DNA of 64,000 bases, taken from an uncultured Verrucomicrobiae bacterium. GTDB lineage: Bacteria; Verrucomicrobiota; Verrucomicrobiia; Chthoniobacterales; Chthoniobacteraceae. Location of the stretch: assembly GCA_963769025.1 (NCBI GenBank), contig CAVYKI010000010.1:224001-288000 (forward strand), read 5' to 3'. Positions 24,648-34,653 of the stretch are shown here, one piece after another. The position numbers were made by a program, and so were the translations under genes. The notes under the pieces were generated by a model that had not been told where the DNA came from, ran no database searches, and worked only from the letters and a program-made list of their open reading frames with translations. Positions within the stretch are counted from its first letter, which is position 1. Each line of letters begins with the position of its first letter.

Positions 24648-25350
24648 ATGATCACTCTTCGAAAAAGCCAACGAACGGGGCCATGCCGACCACGGCTGGC
24701 TCGACTCGTATCACACCTTCAGCTTCGCGGATTACCACGATCCGAAGTGGATGGGTTTCCGCAGCCTGCGCGTCATCAACGACGACCTCGTGATGCCGCG
24801 CATGGGTTTCGGCAAACATCCGCATCGCGACATGGAGATCATCACCTACATCCTCAGCGGCTCGCTGGCGCATCAGGATTCGATGGGCAACGGACGCGTC
24901 ATCACCGCGGGTGAGTTTCAATACATGGCCGCCGGCACCGGCGTGCAGCACAGCGAACAGAATCCCTCGCGGCACGGAGGCGGTGCATCTGCTCCAGGTC
25001 TGGATCAGGCCCGACGAGAAAGGCGTGAAGCCGCGCTACGCCGAGAAGTCGATGAAGGACGGCCGCCACCGGGCAGCTTCATCTCGTCACCAGCAAGACG
25101 GGCCGCGATGACTCGATCGCCATCCATCAGGATGCCGATCTCTGGCTGGCCAAGCTCGACGCCTGGACAAAGCGTCACGCACTCCCTTCGCCTCCGATCG
25201 CCATGCCTGGGTCCACGTGGCCGAAGGCGACATCACCCTCAATGGCCAGACCCTGACCGGCGGCGATGCCGTCGCCATCACAGGTGAATCCGCGCTGGAA
25301 CTGCAACGGCGCCAAAGCCGCGCAAGTCCTCGCTCTTTGATCTCAACTAA
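24648..25350 (+). CDS. Pirin-family protein, YhhW-like (frameshifted)
   Basis: [47 protein letters not shown], ending LFDLN* across frames. Confidence 0.88.
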
Positions 25351-25380
25351 TCCAACCAACCAAACCAAACCAGACATCCC

Positions 25381-25981
25381 ATGACCAAGCTACTCGTTCT
25401 CTATTACTCCATGTACGGCCACGTCGAAACCATGGCCAACGCCGATCGCCGAAGGCGCACGCAGCGTGGAGGGCATCGAGGTGACGCTCAAGCGCGTGCC
25501 GGAGACCATGCCCCCCGAGGTGGCCAAGCAATACGGCGCCAAGCTCGACCAAAGCGCACCCGTCGCTTCACCCAAGGAACTCGGCGATTACGACGCGATC
25601 ATCTTCGGCAGCCCGACACGCTTCGGCAACATGACCGCGCAGATGCGCAACTTCCTCGACCAGACGGGCAGCCTCTGGATGAGCGGCGCGCTCGTCGGCA
25701 AAGTCGGCAGCGTCTTCACCAGCACCGGCACGGGCGGCGGCAATGAGAGCACGATCATCAGCTTCGTCACCACACTCATGCATCACGGCATGGTCTATGT
25801 CGGCCTGCCCTACTCCTGCCCGGAACTCGCCGACATCAGCGAGGTGAAAGGCGGCTCGCCCTGGGGCGCCGCGTGCATCGCCGGTGCGGACGGTTCGCGC
25901 CAGCCTCGCGCCAAGGAACTCGCCATGGCGCGCTTTCAGGGCGGTCACGTCGCGAAGCTCGCGACCAAACTCAAAAGCTGA
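25381..25981 (+). CDS. wrbA: NAD(P)H:quinone oxidoreductase WrbA (frameshift near 25444)
   Basis: [35 protein letters not shown]. Confidence 0.92.
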
Positions 25982-25998
25982 ACCTCACGCGATCATCC

Positions 25999-26372
25999 AT
26001 GAAATACGCCACACTCATCGCGCGCCTCTTGCTCGGCGCCATCTTCGTCGTCTTCAGCCTGAATTTCTGGCTGCGCTTCATCCCCATGCCCCCGCCTCCG
26101 CGGGCAATGCGGGCGCCTTCACGGGCGCGCTCTTCGCCAGCGGCTATCTCGGTGCGGTGAAGGTGTGCGAACTCACCGGCGGCTTGCTCATGCTCAGCGG
26201 GCGCTTCACTCCCGTGGGGCTGCTCTTCCTCGGTCCGATCATCCTGAACATTCTCTTCTTCGATGTGTTCATGGCGAAGGCTTTCAACCCCGTGAGTTCC
26301 CTCGCCGCCGTACTCGCGCTCTTCCTCCTCTGGGCAAATCGCGAACGCTTCGCGCCGCTCGCGAAGGGGTGA
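25999..26372 (+). CDS. DoxX-family membrane protein (frameshift near 26100)
   Basis: ARLLLGAIFVVF...VKVCELTGGLLML...PIILNI. Confidence 0.75.
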
Positions 26373-26439
26373 GCGAAGCCGTCGGCATCGTGGTTTTCGT
26401 GGCGTGCAAACAGCTTGAGCGCCGCACGCCTGCCAAAAG

Positions 26440-26524
26440 TGCCGGCAGCGGGACTCGAACCCGCACGGGAGTTGCCTCCCAAGGGATTTTAAGTCCCTTG
26501 CGTCTGCCATTTCGCCATGCCGGC
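26440..26524 (-). tRNA. tRNA-Leu (TAA)
   Basis: GCCGGCA/TGCCGGC acceptor, CTTAAAA anticodon loop, long variable arm, GGTTCGAGTCC; CCA not encoded. Confidence 0.97.
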
Positions 26525-26620
26525 AGATGCCGAAAATGCATTACTTGCGAAGGAACGAAGAAGGCGAGCTTGCATTTGGGCAGCCGCTGCACGCGGGACC
26601 GACGCCTCCCTGCAGCCCGG

Positions 26621-29001
26621 TCATTTCGCCGCGGTGACAGACGTCGGGACCATCTCGATTTTCGCGGCCGCGGCATGGGGCGGCTCGGCATTGTCGGCGG
26701 TCTCCGCGAGGACGGTGAGCGGGATGTTGAACGGGCCCGGCTTTGCACCGAACTCGATCGTCAGCGTGCCCTGTGTCTCGCCGCCGGCGAGGAGCACGGG
26801 TTTCGCGCTCACGCCGGTGATGTGGGGCGGCAGCGTCAGCGCGACGCGCATCGGGCGCTTCGCCACGGCGGGATCGCGGCGGAGCGTGAAAGCGCACCTC
26901 GACCCGGCCACCGGGCACGACGGGATACGAGGTGTTTGCAGTCGTGAGGCGCAGCATCCCCTCCGAGACTACGGAGATGATCTGCTCGTTCTGCTCGAAC
27001 GACGTGTGGCTGATGGTGTGCTTCGTGCCGTCGAAGTCGGTGAGTTCGCCGACGAGCATGAGCTGCACGCGGTTCGTTCGGCCGAGTTCCAGATCCGGCG
27101 GGAAAAGCACGTGGTAGGTGAAGTCGGTGGCGCCGGGCGGGATGAGCATCGGCTTCGCCGTCAGGCCTTGCAGGCAGCGGCCCTGACGGTCGGCAAGGCT
27201 GACGGTGATGGGGCCGTCGAATCCGCCGCGCTGCAGCTCGAAGTGCTTGCTCATCGTGGTGCCGGAGGGCTGGTCGTTGGTCACCCAGTATTCGCCGATG
27301 TGCGTGAACGGCACGGCGGGCGCGATGCCGAGGCGGACGTGATCGGCGCGCGGTTCGCCGAAGGCGGAGGGAAATGTGGCGTCATGCGTCAGCGTCTTGC
27401 CATCGAACTCGGCGGTCCCGCGGATGGTGATGTTCGCGACTTGGATCTTCGTGCGCGGCGGTGCGGTGAAGCGGAGATCGGCGAACTTCTGCTTCGCGCT
27501 GATCACCGGCTTGTCGAGCGTGACACCCTCGGGCAGGCCGCGCACTTCGAGCGTCACGTCCTTTGCGAAAGTGCCCAGCGGGGCGACCGTCACGCGCAAG
27601 GTGCTTCCTTTCGGCGCGGGTTTCTTTTTCGCAGTCGGATCAGCTGCATCGGCTTCCGTTTGGCGCGTGATGTTCACGACGTCGCTGGAGAGGGTGAGTT
27701 CAAAGTCGGCGGTCTCGGCGAGTGTGGCGCGCAGGCGGTAGCCAAATGCCGGGCCTCCGCGGGCGGCGAAGCGGTCCGAAATCCCGACGCGGTAGCTGCC
27801 ATCCGCGGGCGCAGTGAATTGCAGCCGCGAGTCCGGCAGGCCCTCGGGGCGATCGTCATTGCGCGCGAGTTCCTTTCCGGCGGCGTCGGTGATGGCGATG
27901 ACGGAGTCGAGCTTGCTGCCGATTTGCGCAGCGATGGCATCCAGGACGAGCGCCTGCCCCTTTTTCAGATCCACGCTCCAAACATCGGTTTCGCCCGGCC
28001 GGGCGATGCAGCCGTTCAACATCGCGGGCAGGGTGAAGACACTCGGAGCGCCCTCGCCGTCGCGCTCGCGAAACTCAGGAAGATCGTCCACATGCAGGAT
28101 GGCGATGCCCATGTCCCCGATGCGCTGCGTCAGCGCGCTGCCGGTGGCGGGACTCAGCGGCACCGCGACGCTCCGGGTGCCGTTGATCAGGAATTTCACC
28201 GTCTCCCCGCGGCGTCCGCCGAGCGGGTAGATGGACTCGACGCGCGGGCCCGCTTGCAGCGTGAGCCGATAGACAAAATTCGGCCCGCCGGCGAAGCCAG
28301 AGTCGCACACCTTCACCGTGTATTCGCCCGCGGCACGGGCGGTGAAGACGACGGCGGGATCGCCGGAGATATCGGTCTGCCGGCGTCTGTCGCGGACGGT
28401 GCTGCCATCCGGCGCGATGATTTCGAGCGCGGCCTCCAGCGGATAGCCGAGGCTGTGCGACGCAAGCGAGCAGGAGATCGTCTGACCCTTGTCCGCGTGG
28501 AAGGTCCACAGGTCCACATCCTCGCGGGGAAAGATGCGGCCATTGATCGTGACCGGCATCGCCACGTGCGCGGGAAGCGGAGCGCCTTCGATCTCACGCT
28601 CGATGATCTCCGGCAGGTCGCCGACGACGAATTTCATCGTGGCCGTGGTGCCCTGCGAAGTGCGGCAGTGCCAGTGCCGCACGCCGGGCATCGCATCGGC
28701 CGCGATGGTGACGCTTCCCGCGTGGTCCTTCGGGTAGTCTTCGCGCCTTCTGCGATTCGGGCTTCAAAATCATCGGGCCTTCGATCCAGAAGTTCTCGAC
28801 GGCCTTCACCTCCGGCGACGCCTGCACGCCGGCGCCCGTCATCTCGAAACCGGCGCGACCGTGCAGATAGAAACCGCCGACGCGGACATCGACCTTCGTG
28901 CCGCGCTGTCCGCCCGCTGGGAAAATGTGCGAGACGCCGGGCGGTTCGGCCTTGGCAACCGCCGCGAGCAGGCACGCGCTGAGGACGAAGGCGCGCATCA
29001 T
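26621..29001 (-). CDS. PVC-type PPC (pre-peptidase C-terminal) repeat protein, exported (frameshifts near 28740 and 26900)
   Basis: IFPAGGQRGT start; repeated NGRI..EDVD.W and YRL modules, YPLGGRRG. Follows DUF1501. Confidence 0.78.
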
Positions 29002-29005
29002 CGGA

Positions 29006-30352
29006 TCAGATCAGCTCTTTGATGATGCGGCCGTTGTTCGTCAGCATCACGGGCCGGCCCTCGGGCGTGTGCATCTCGTCGTGCGGATTGATGCCGAGCA
29101 GTGAATAGACCGTGGCGCAGAGGTCCTCCGGGCCGTACGGATTGTCGGCGGGATCGGACGCGCTGGCATCGCTCCTGCCCACGACGCGCCCGCCCTCGAT
29201 GCCGCCACCGCCGAGCGCGACGGTGAAGCAGCGGCTCCAGTGATCGCGGCCGGCGTCCTTGTTGATCTTCGGCGTGCGGCCGAACTCCCCGGTCACCACG
29301 ACGAGCGTCTTTTTCAACATGCCCCGGTCCGCGAGATCGGCGAAGAGCGCGGACATCGCCATGTCGAGCTTGGGCAGCAGATCGTCCTTCAGCGTGCCGA
29401 ACTGATGGTAGTGCGTGTCCCAGTTCTGATGCTCGACGGTCACGCAGCGCACGCCGGACTCGACGAGCCGCCGCGCCATGAGGCACGACTGCCCGAGCGT
29501 GGTGCGGCCATACGCGGCGCGAAGTTTTTCCGGCTCCGCGTGGATGTTGAAAGCCGTCTTCGCCTCGCCGGAGGTCATGAGCGCCGTCGCGCGCTGGCTG
29601 AAGACGCTCAGGTCGCTCGCACCCGCGTTCGCACTTTTCTCGACGCTGCGCTGGAAACGATCCACGTGCGCGAGCAGGCCGCGGCGATCCTCGAGGCGCG
29701 CGGCATCCACCTGGAGCGGTGGCATGAGATCGGGCACCTCGAAGCCGGGCGAGTTCGGATCCGCCTCGATGGTGAAAGGCATCGCGGTCGGGCCGAGGTA
29801 GGCGGAGCCGGCGCTCGGGTGCATCGTCGGCAGGCACATGTAAGGCGGGATGCTGCCGCGCGCACCGAGCTTGTGCGCGATCACCGAGCCGATGGACGGC
29901 TGCTGGTTGTTCGGCGTGAGCCCGGCGTTGAAGCCGGCGTTCGGGTGGTAGCCCGTGAGCATGTAGTGGTCGGCGGGACCGTGCCCGGCATTGCTGTGCG
30001 TGAAGGAACGGATGAGCGAAAACTTGTCCATCACGCCCGCGATGCGCGGCAGCTGATCGCAGATGTGGATGCCGGGCACTTTCGTCGGCATCGGCTGAAA
30101 GACGCCGCGGATCGTGTCGGGCGCGTCGGGCTTCATGTCAAACGTGTCAATCGTGCTCAGCCCGCCGCGGAGAAAGACGAAGATCAGCGACGTGTCGCCG
30201 CGCGTGCCGTCCAGTTTGCCGGAAGCCTTGCCCAGCGATTCTGCGCGCATCAGGCCATCGAGCGAAAAGCTCGCGCCGAGTGCGCTGGCGGCGCCGACGC
30301 GGAGGAAGCTGCGACGGGAGATGCGGTCGCAAAAGGCAGGGGTGTGTTTCAT
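29006..30352 (-). CDS. DUF1501 domain protein (Tat-exported)
   Basis: SRRSFL Tat motif, GGLSTIDTFDMKP, ARRLVESGV, WDTH, GEFGRTP, GRDHW. Confidence 0.93.
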   Translation of the reverse strand: MKHTPAFCDRISRRSFLRVGAASALGASFSLDGLMRAESLGKASGKLDGTRGDTSLIFVFLRGGLSTIDTFDMKPDAPDTIRGVFQPMPTKVPGIHICDQLPRIAGVMDKFSLIRSFTHSNAGHGPADHYMLTGYHPNAGFNAGLTPNNQQPSIGSVIAHKLGARGSIPPYMCLPTMHPSAGSAYLGPTAMPFTIEADPNSPGFEVPDLMPPLQVDAARLEDRRGLLAHVDRFQRSVEKSANAGASDLSVFSQRATALMTSGEAKTAFNIHAEPEKLRAAYGRTTLGQSCLMARRLVESGVRCVTVEHQNWDTHYHQFGTLKDDLLPKLDMAMSALFADLADRGMLKKTLVVVTGEFGRTPKINKDAGRDHWSRCFTVALGGGGIEGGRVVGRSDASASDPADNPYGPEDLCATVYSLLGINPHDEMHTPEGRPVMLTNNGRIIKELI

Positions 30353-30361
30353 GGCGTGCGA

Positions 30362-32516
30362 TCAGTGGTTGAACGTGAATTCGAGGCTGTTCATCAGCGA
30401 CCAAGCGAGGTCCTCGATGGCCTTGCGGCGCTGAGCGGAGCGGCTCGCGAGATGTTTTACCGCGCGCTCTTTTTCCCCCGCATCCGGGAGGCGGCTGTAG
30501 CATGCGAGCCAGAGCTCCTCCACCACGCGGCTGTCGTCGCTGAGCGTGGCGAGGTGCGCGATGCGTCCGCCTTCGTGCGAGAGTTTGTTTTGCAGGTTGG
30601 GCGAGTTCATCAGGTGCAGCGCCTGTGAAATGCTCGCGCCGGTGGAGCGCTCGCACACGCACGGCGTGGCGCGCGCAGGGCGGCCGAACAGTTTCAGGAA
30701 GTAGTGCTGCTGGTTGCTGTCCCACAGCTCAACGGCGCGCGTGCCCAACGGGACGCCGGCGAACTTTTCCGGCACGCCCGTCACATCGCACACGGCGTCG
30801 AGCAGCGCCTCGGCGGGCAGGCGGCGGAAAAGCGCGCGGGAGAAATTTTGCGAGTCGGCTTCGTTCGTCGCGTTCGGCTTTGAGGAAAGCTGGTATGTCC
30901 TCGACGTGGTGATGAGCCGGATGAGCGCCTTCGCGTCGAACTGGTAATTCACGAGGTGCTTCGTGAGCGCGTCGAGCAGCGCCGGATTGCTCGGCGGATT
31001 CGTGGCGCGCACGTCGTCCACGGGCTCGACGATGCCGCGGCCGAGGAAGTGCGCCCAGAGCCGGTTCGCCATGTTGCGCGCGAACCACGGATTCTCCGGC
31101 GCGGTCATCCACTTCGCCAGCGCGACGCGGCGGTCGCCCTCCGGCGTGGCCTCCGGCATCTCTGTCCCGAGCGGGTAGGCGAAGACGGCTTCCTTCGTGC
31201 GCGGGTGCTGGCCCTTGGGATTTCCCTGGATGACCAGCGCTTCCTCGCCGTTCGGCTTCTTGTGGCTGACCTGCTCGAAGAACGCGCGCATCCCGTGGTA
31301 GTCGCGCTGCGTCCAGCGATCGTACGGATGCTGATGGCACTCCGCACATGTGATGCGGATGCCCGAGAAACACCTGCGAGATTTCCGCCGCCATCTCGCC
31401 CGACTTTTTTGCCACTTTGTAAAAGTGACCTGCCGGCTGCTCCGCGAGCGGCCCTTCGGCGGTGAGCAATTCGCCGGCGAAAGCATCGAGCGGCTTGTTC
31501 GAGCCCACCGATTCGCGAATCCATTCGTAATACTCGTGCGCATCGCGGGCCCCGAGCGCCAGACGATCCACGCGCAGCAGATCGGACCACTTCAGCGCCC
31601 AGAATTCCGCATACTCGGGAAGCTCCAGCAGTGCATCCACGAGGCGCGCACGCTTGTCTGGCGCCGTGCCCGCGAGGAAGCGCCGCGCCTCATCCGGCGA
31701 CGGTAGCCGCCCGATCACATCGAGCGTCACGCGGCGGAGAAAGGTCGCGTCGTCGGCGAGGTCGGAAGCCTGCAGGTTCATCTTCCTCAGATTCGCCGCG
31801 ACGAGATCGTCGATGACATTGAACCGCTGGTCGGCCACCGGCGCACCATGCGGACCCGGACGCGGCACGACGGCCTGGAAAATCGCGATGCTCCCGAGGT
31901 AGCGCGCCATGATCGCCGCCTGTCCCACGGAATTCCCCGTTCGCACCGCGCCAGTTTCATCCACCTCGGCGAGCGCGGCGTTGTTGGAATGAAACACCGA
32001 CAGCCACGTCACATCACGCTCGCTGCCATCGCTGAAAGTCGCGACCACGCGCAGCGGCTGTGTTTGATCGAAGCCCATGATCCGCTCCGCCGGCTCCACG
32101 CGCAATTTGGTCACCTCGCTCTTGCCGCTGATCGCATAGGGCGACCCTCCTACAATCCATTCGCGCAACAGCGCATACTCCCGCGAGCCCGTCTTCATCC
32201 GCGCCCCGCCGGAGTGAGGCACCCCCGCTGATGCCTTGCGCAAAAGCAGACTTTCCTCCGGTGCCGCAGCCATGATCCGGCGTCCGCGCGACTGCTTCAC
32301 GATGGCATCGTGATCGGCCCGCGGGTCGGTGCCGAAGATGGAAAGCTTGAACCCATTCTGCCCCTCCGCCTTCCCGTGGCACGCCGACGCGTTGCAGCCG
32401 AACCGGCTGAGCAGCGGCATCACATCATGGGTGAAATCCACCGCCTCGCCCGCGACGGATGAAGCGGAGACGCACGCCGCGGCCAACAGCAGCAGGCGCC
32501 GGCAAATCGCCCGCAT
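30362..32516 (-). CDS. DUF1549/DUF1553 (PSCyt2/PSD1) protein with Ig-like domain (frameshift near 31363)
   Basis: CNASACHG, FLRRVTLDVIG, CAECHQHP, ANRLWAHFLGRG, ending EFTFNH. Confidence 0.88.
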
Positions 32517-32851
32517 GCTGAAAATCCAACAGGCTGTATTCATGCGCTGGTCTGTCTCGTCGAGGACGCCACGGGAGGAAGTTGGGAGTGGGGAATTTGT
32601 AAAAATGCGACTGCCGGAGCCAGGCTCCCCGCGCACACGAGAGGAAACCCCTCACCCCATCCCTTCTTTGTGCCTCTGTAACCGACCTCTCCCCATCCAC
32701 AACCCGGCGCAAGCCGCTGATCAGCACACGAAATTACAACGGGCTCCCCACGCATCGAAGGTCCACTCCGCGTTACCATCCGCACATGGGGCACGGAAAA
32801 AGTTGCCACCTGTGCGGACATGTGCTTTTCTCCGCGTCCCAAATCGGGAAC

Positions 32852-32925
32852 GCAGCCGTAGCTCAATTGGATAGAGCATCTGACTACGAATCAGAAGGTT
32901 TGAGGTTCGACTCCTCACGGCTGCA
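32852..32925 (+). tRNA. tRNA-Arg (ACG)
   Basis: GCAGCCG/CGGCTGC acceptor, CTACGAA anticodon loop, GGTTCGACTCC; followed by CCC, not CCA. Confidence 0.97.
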
Positions 32926-33054
32926 CCCTCTGGAAATATGGGTCCGAGGCGGCGGGGTTGCAAAAATCGGGAACGAGGCGCGTTTCCTTGATTAATTCCA
33001 CGACCTACCAATGCGCAGCAGCGGAGGAGGGCCGCGGCACACCTTGGGAGATCG

Positions 33055-34434
33055 TTAGTTCTCCCAGACCGGCAGGCGCACGATGAAGGTGGAACCTTCG
33101 CCGAGGACGCTCCGGCATTCCACGGTCCCTGACATTGCCTCGGCCAGACGCTTGACGATGGAAAGGCCGAGTCCATTGGAAGATTCGCCGCCGGTGGGCC
33201 TCGCGCTCAGTCGGGCGAACTTGCCGAACATTTTCTTTCGATCCCCCTCACTGATGCCCGGTCCCTCGTCCTTCACCGCCACGCAAGCGTGACCGCGCTC
33301 GACGTAGGCACGGATCCGCACGGTGGTCTTGGGTGGCGAATACTTGACGGCATTCGAGATCAGGTTGTCGAGGATCTGCGTGGCTGCACTTGGGTCGGCA
33401 CGAATCGCAAGCTCGCCGGCCGGCTCAAATTGCAATTCGATCTCCTTGCGCTTCGCATTCGGCTGATTCTGCTCCACACCGCATGTGGTGATGACGGCGA
33501 GGTCGCAACGTTCGAGCTTCGCAAGAAAGCGACCCTGCTCAATGGCGTTTACATCAAGCAGATTGCTGATGAGGTCGCGCATCCTTCTGCCCGCGTCTAT
33601 GATGCTCCCGGTAATCATCGCCGTCTCCGGCGTGCGCTCACGCATCGCCAACACCTCCCCGGCCATGATGATCGTGGAGAGCGGATTCTTGAGGTCATGC
33701 GCGGCGATGCCGAGGAACTCGTTCTTTTCGTTGTTCAGCTCGACGAGCTGGTCGTTCGAGACCTTCAGCCGTGCGAGCGCCTCCTCCGTATTTGCACGGG
33801 CCTGTTCACGCAGCGTCTCGAAAATCATCCCGAGAACGAACATGAAAACGATGAGCCCGATATAGCCCATGCCGGTGATCAGTTTCTCCCAGCGCGGATC
33901 GTACGTGCGCGGCAGTTCCACCCCAAGGACCGCCGCGAGGATCACGCAACCTGTGGCGAGCAGGCAGACGAACACCCACCGGAACGCCGCACGCCTCCCC
34001 ACGAGCAACAGCGCCCACAGCGGTACGCCGACGAGCCAGGCGATTGCGTGCCCCGACAGTCCACCCTCCACCAAGCACAGCGACGTAAAGCCGAATGTCA
34101 TCGCACCCGGAAGGACATTTCCCGCGAGATCGAGCGAATGCGTTTTACGCATGAGGAAGGGCGTCATCGCAAAAATCGCACTGCTCACTACGACGATGGC
34201 CGCGCCCCAATAGTGGCCCAGAACCGTGTAAAACGCCGCGTAGGCCATCCCGAACATGCACCCGATCAAACCGATCCTCGCGACGAGTCGTGCGCGACGG
34301 CACAGCTCCGCATCTTGCTTCCATTCCTCAACGACAAACCGATCCGCAAACTCCGTCACCTTCTCTTTCCACGCTTGGATGAAATCCAAGCGCAGCGGGC
34401 GGGCTGGCGCTTCCGGTTCAGTCGGTTTGGACAT
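33055..34434 (-). CDS. Orphan membrane-bound sensor histidine kinase
   Basis: Multi-TM N-terminus; AAHDLKNPL H-box, NLISNAVKYS N-box, DEGPG, GLGLSIV. Confidence 0.92.
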   Translation of the reverse strand: MSKPTEPEAPARPLRLDFIQAWKEKVTEFADRFVVEEWKQDAELCRRARLVARIGLIGCMFGMAYAAFYTVLGHYWGAAIVVVSSAIFAMTPFLMRKTHSLDLAGNVLPGAMTFGFTSLCLVEGGLSGHAIAWLVGVPLWALLLVGRRAAFRWVFVCLLATGCVILAAVLGVELPRTYDPRWEKLITGMGYIGLIVFMFVLGMIFETLREQARANTEEALARLKVSNDQLVELNNEKNEFLGIAAHDLKNPLSTIIMAGEVLAMRERTPETAMITGSIIDAGRRMRDLISNLLDVNAIEQGRFLAKLERCDLAVITTCGVEQNQPNAKRKEIELQFEPAGELAIRADPSAATQILDNLISNAVKYSPPKTTVRIRAYVERGHACVAVKDEGPGISEGDRKKMFGKFARLSARPTGGESSNGLGLSIVKRLAEAMSGTVECRSVLGEGSTFIVRLPVWEN

Positions 34435-34592
34435 TGCGTGATGCAAGCGAGTTCAGCGTGCGCGTCAATCGCACGCATCGTGGAAAAGCCATCACCTTCC
34501 GATTTCCGGGCGGCTGCACCACAGTCCTCCGGAGGTGTTCGGTTCCAAAAAGTCAGCGTGCCGCGATCGGCTGACACTCCCTCATGACTACG

Positions 34593-34621
34593 TTGACGCC
34601 CATGCAGGCCGGCAGCATCCT
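34593..34621 (+). promoter_or_regulatory. Putative sigma70-like promoter for the ATP-grasp-like gene
   Basis: TTGACG-N17-CATCCT, 32 nt upstream of ATG 34654. Confidence 0.35.
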
Positions 34622-34653
34622 GCGGCGACCATGCGGTCCGCGATGCGACTCCA

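Noticed and set aside
23616..26440. Genomic island integrated at tRNA-Leu carrying lysR-pirin-wrbA-doxX
   Set aside because: No duplicate of the tRNA-Leu 3' end found by eye, and no integrase.
18240..31370. Programmed ribosomal frameshifting in SLC13, ygfZ, wrbA or DUF1549 genes
   Set aside because: No consistent slippery sequence or stimulatory structure; the families are not known for it; the error explanation is simpler.
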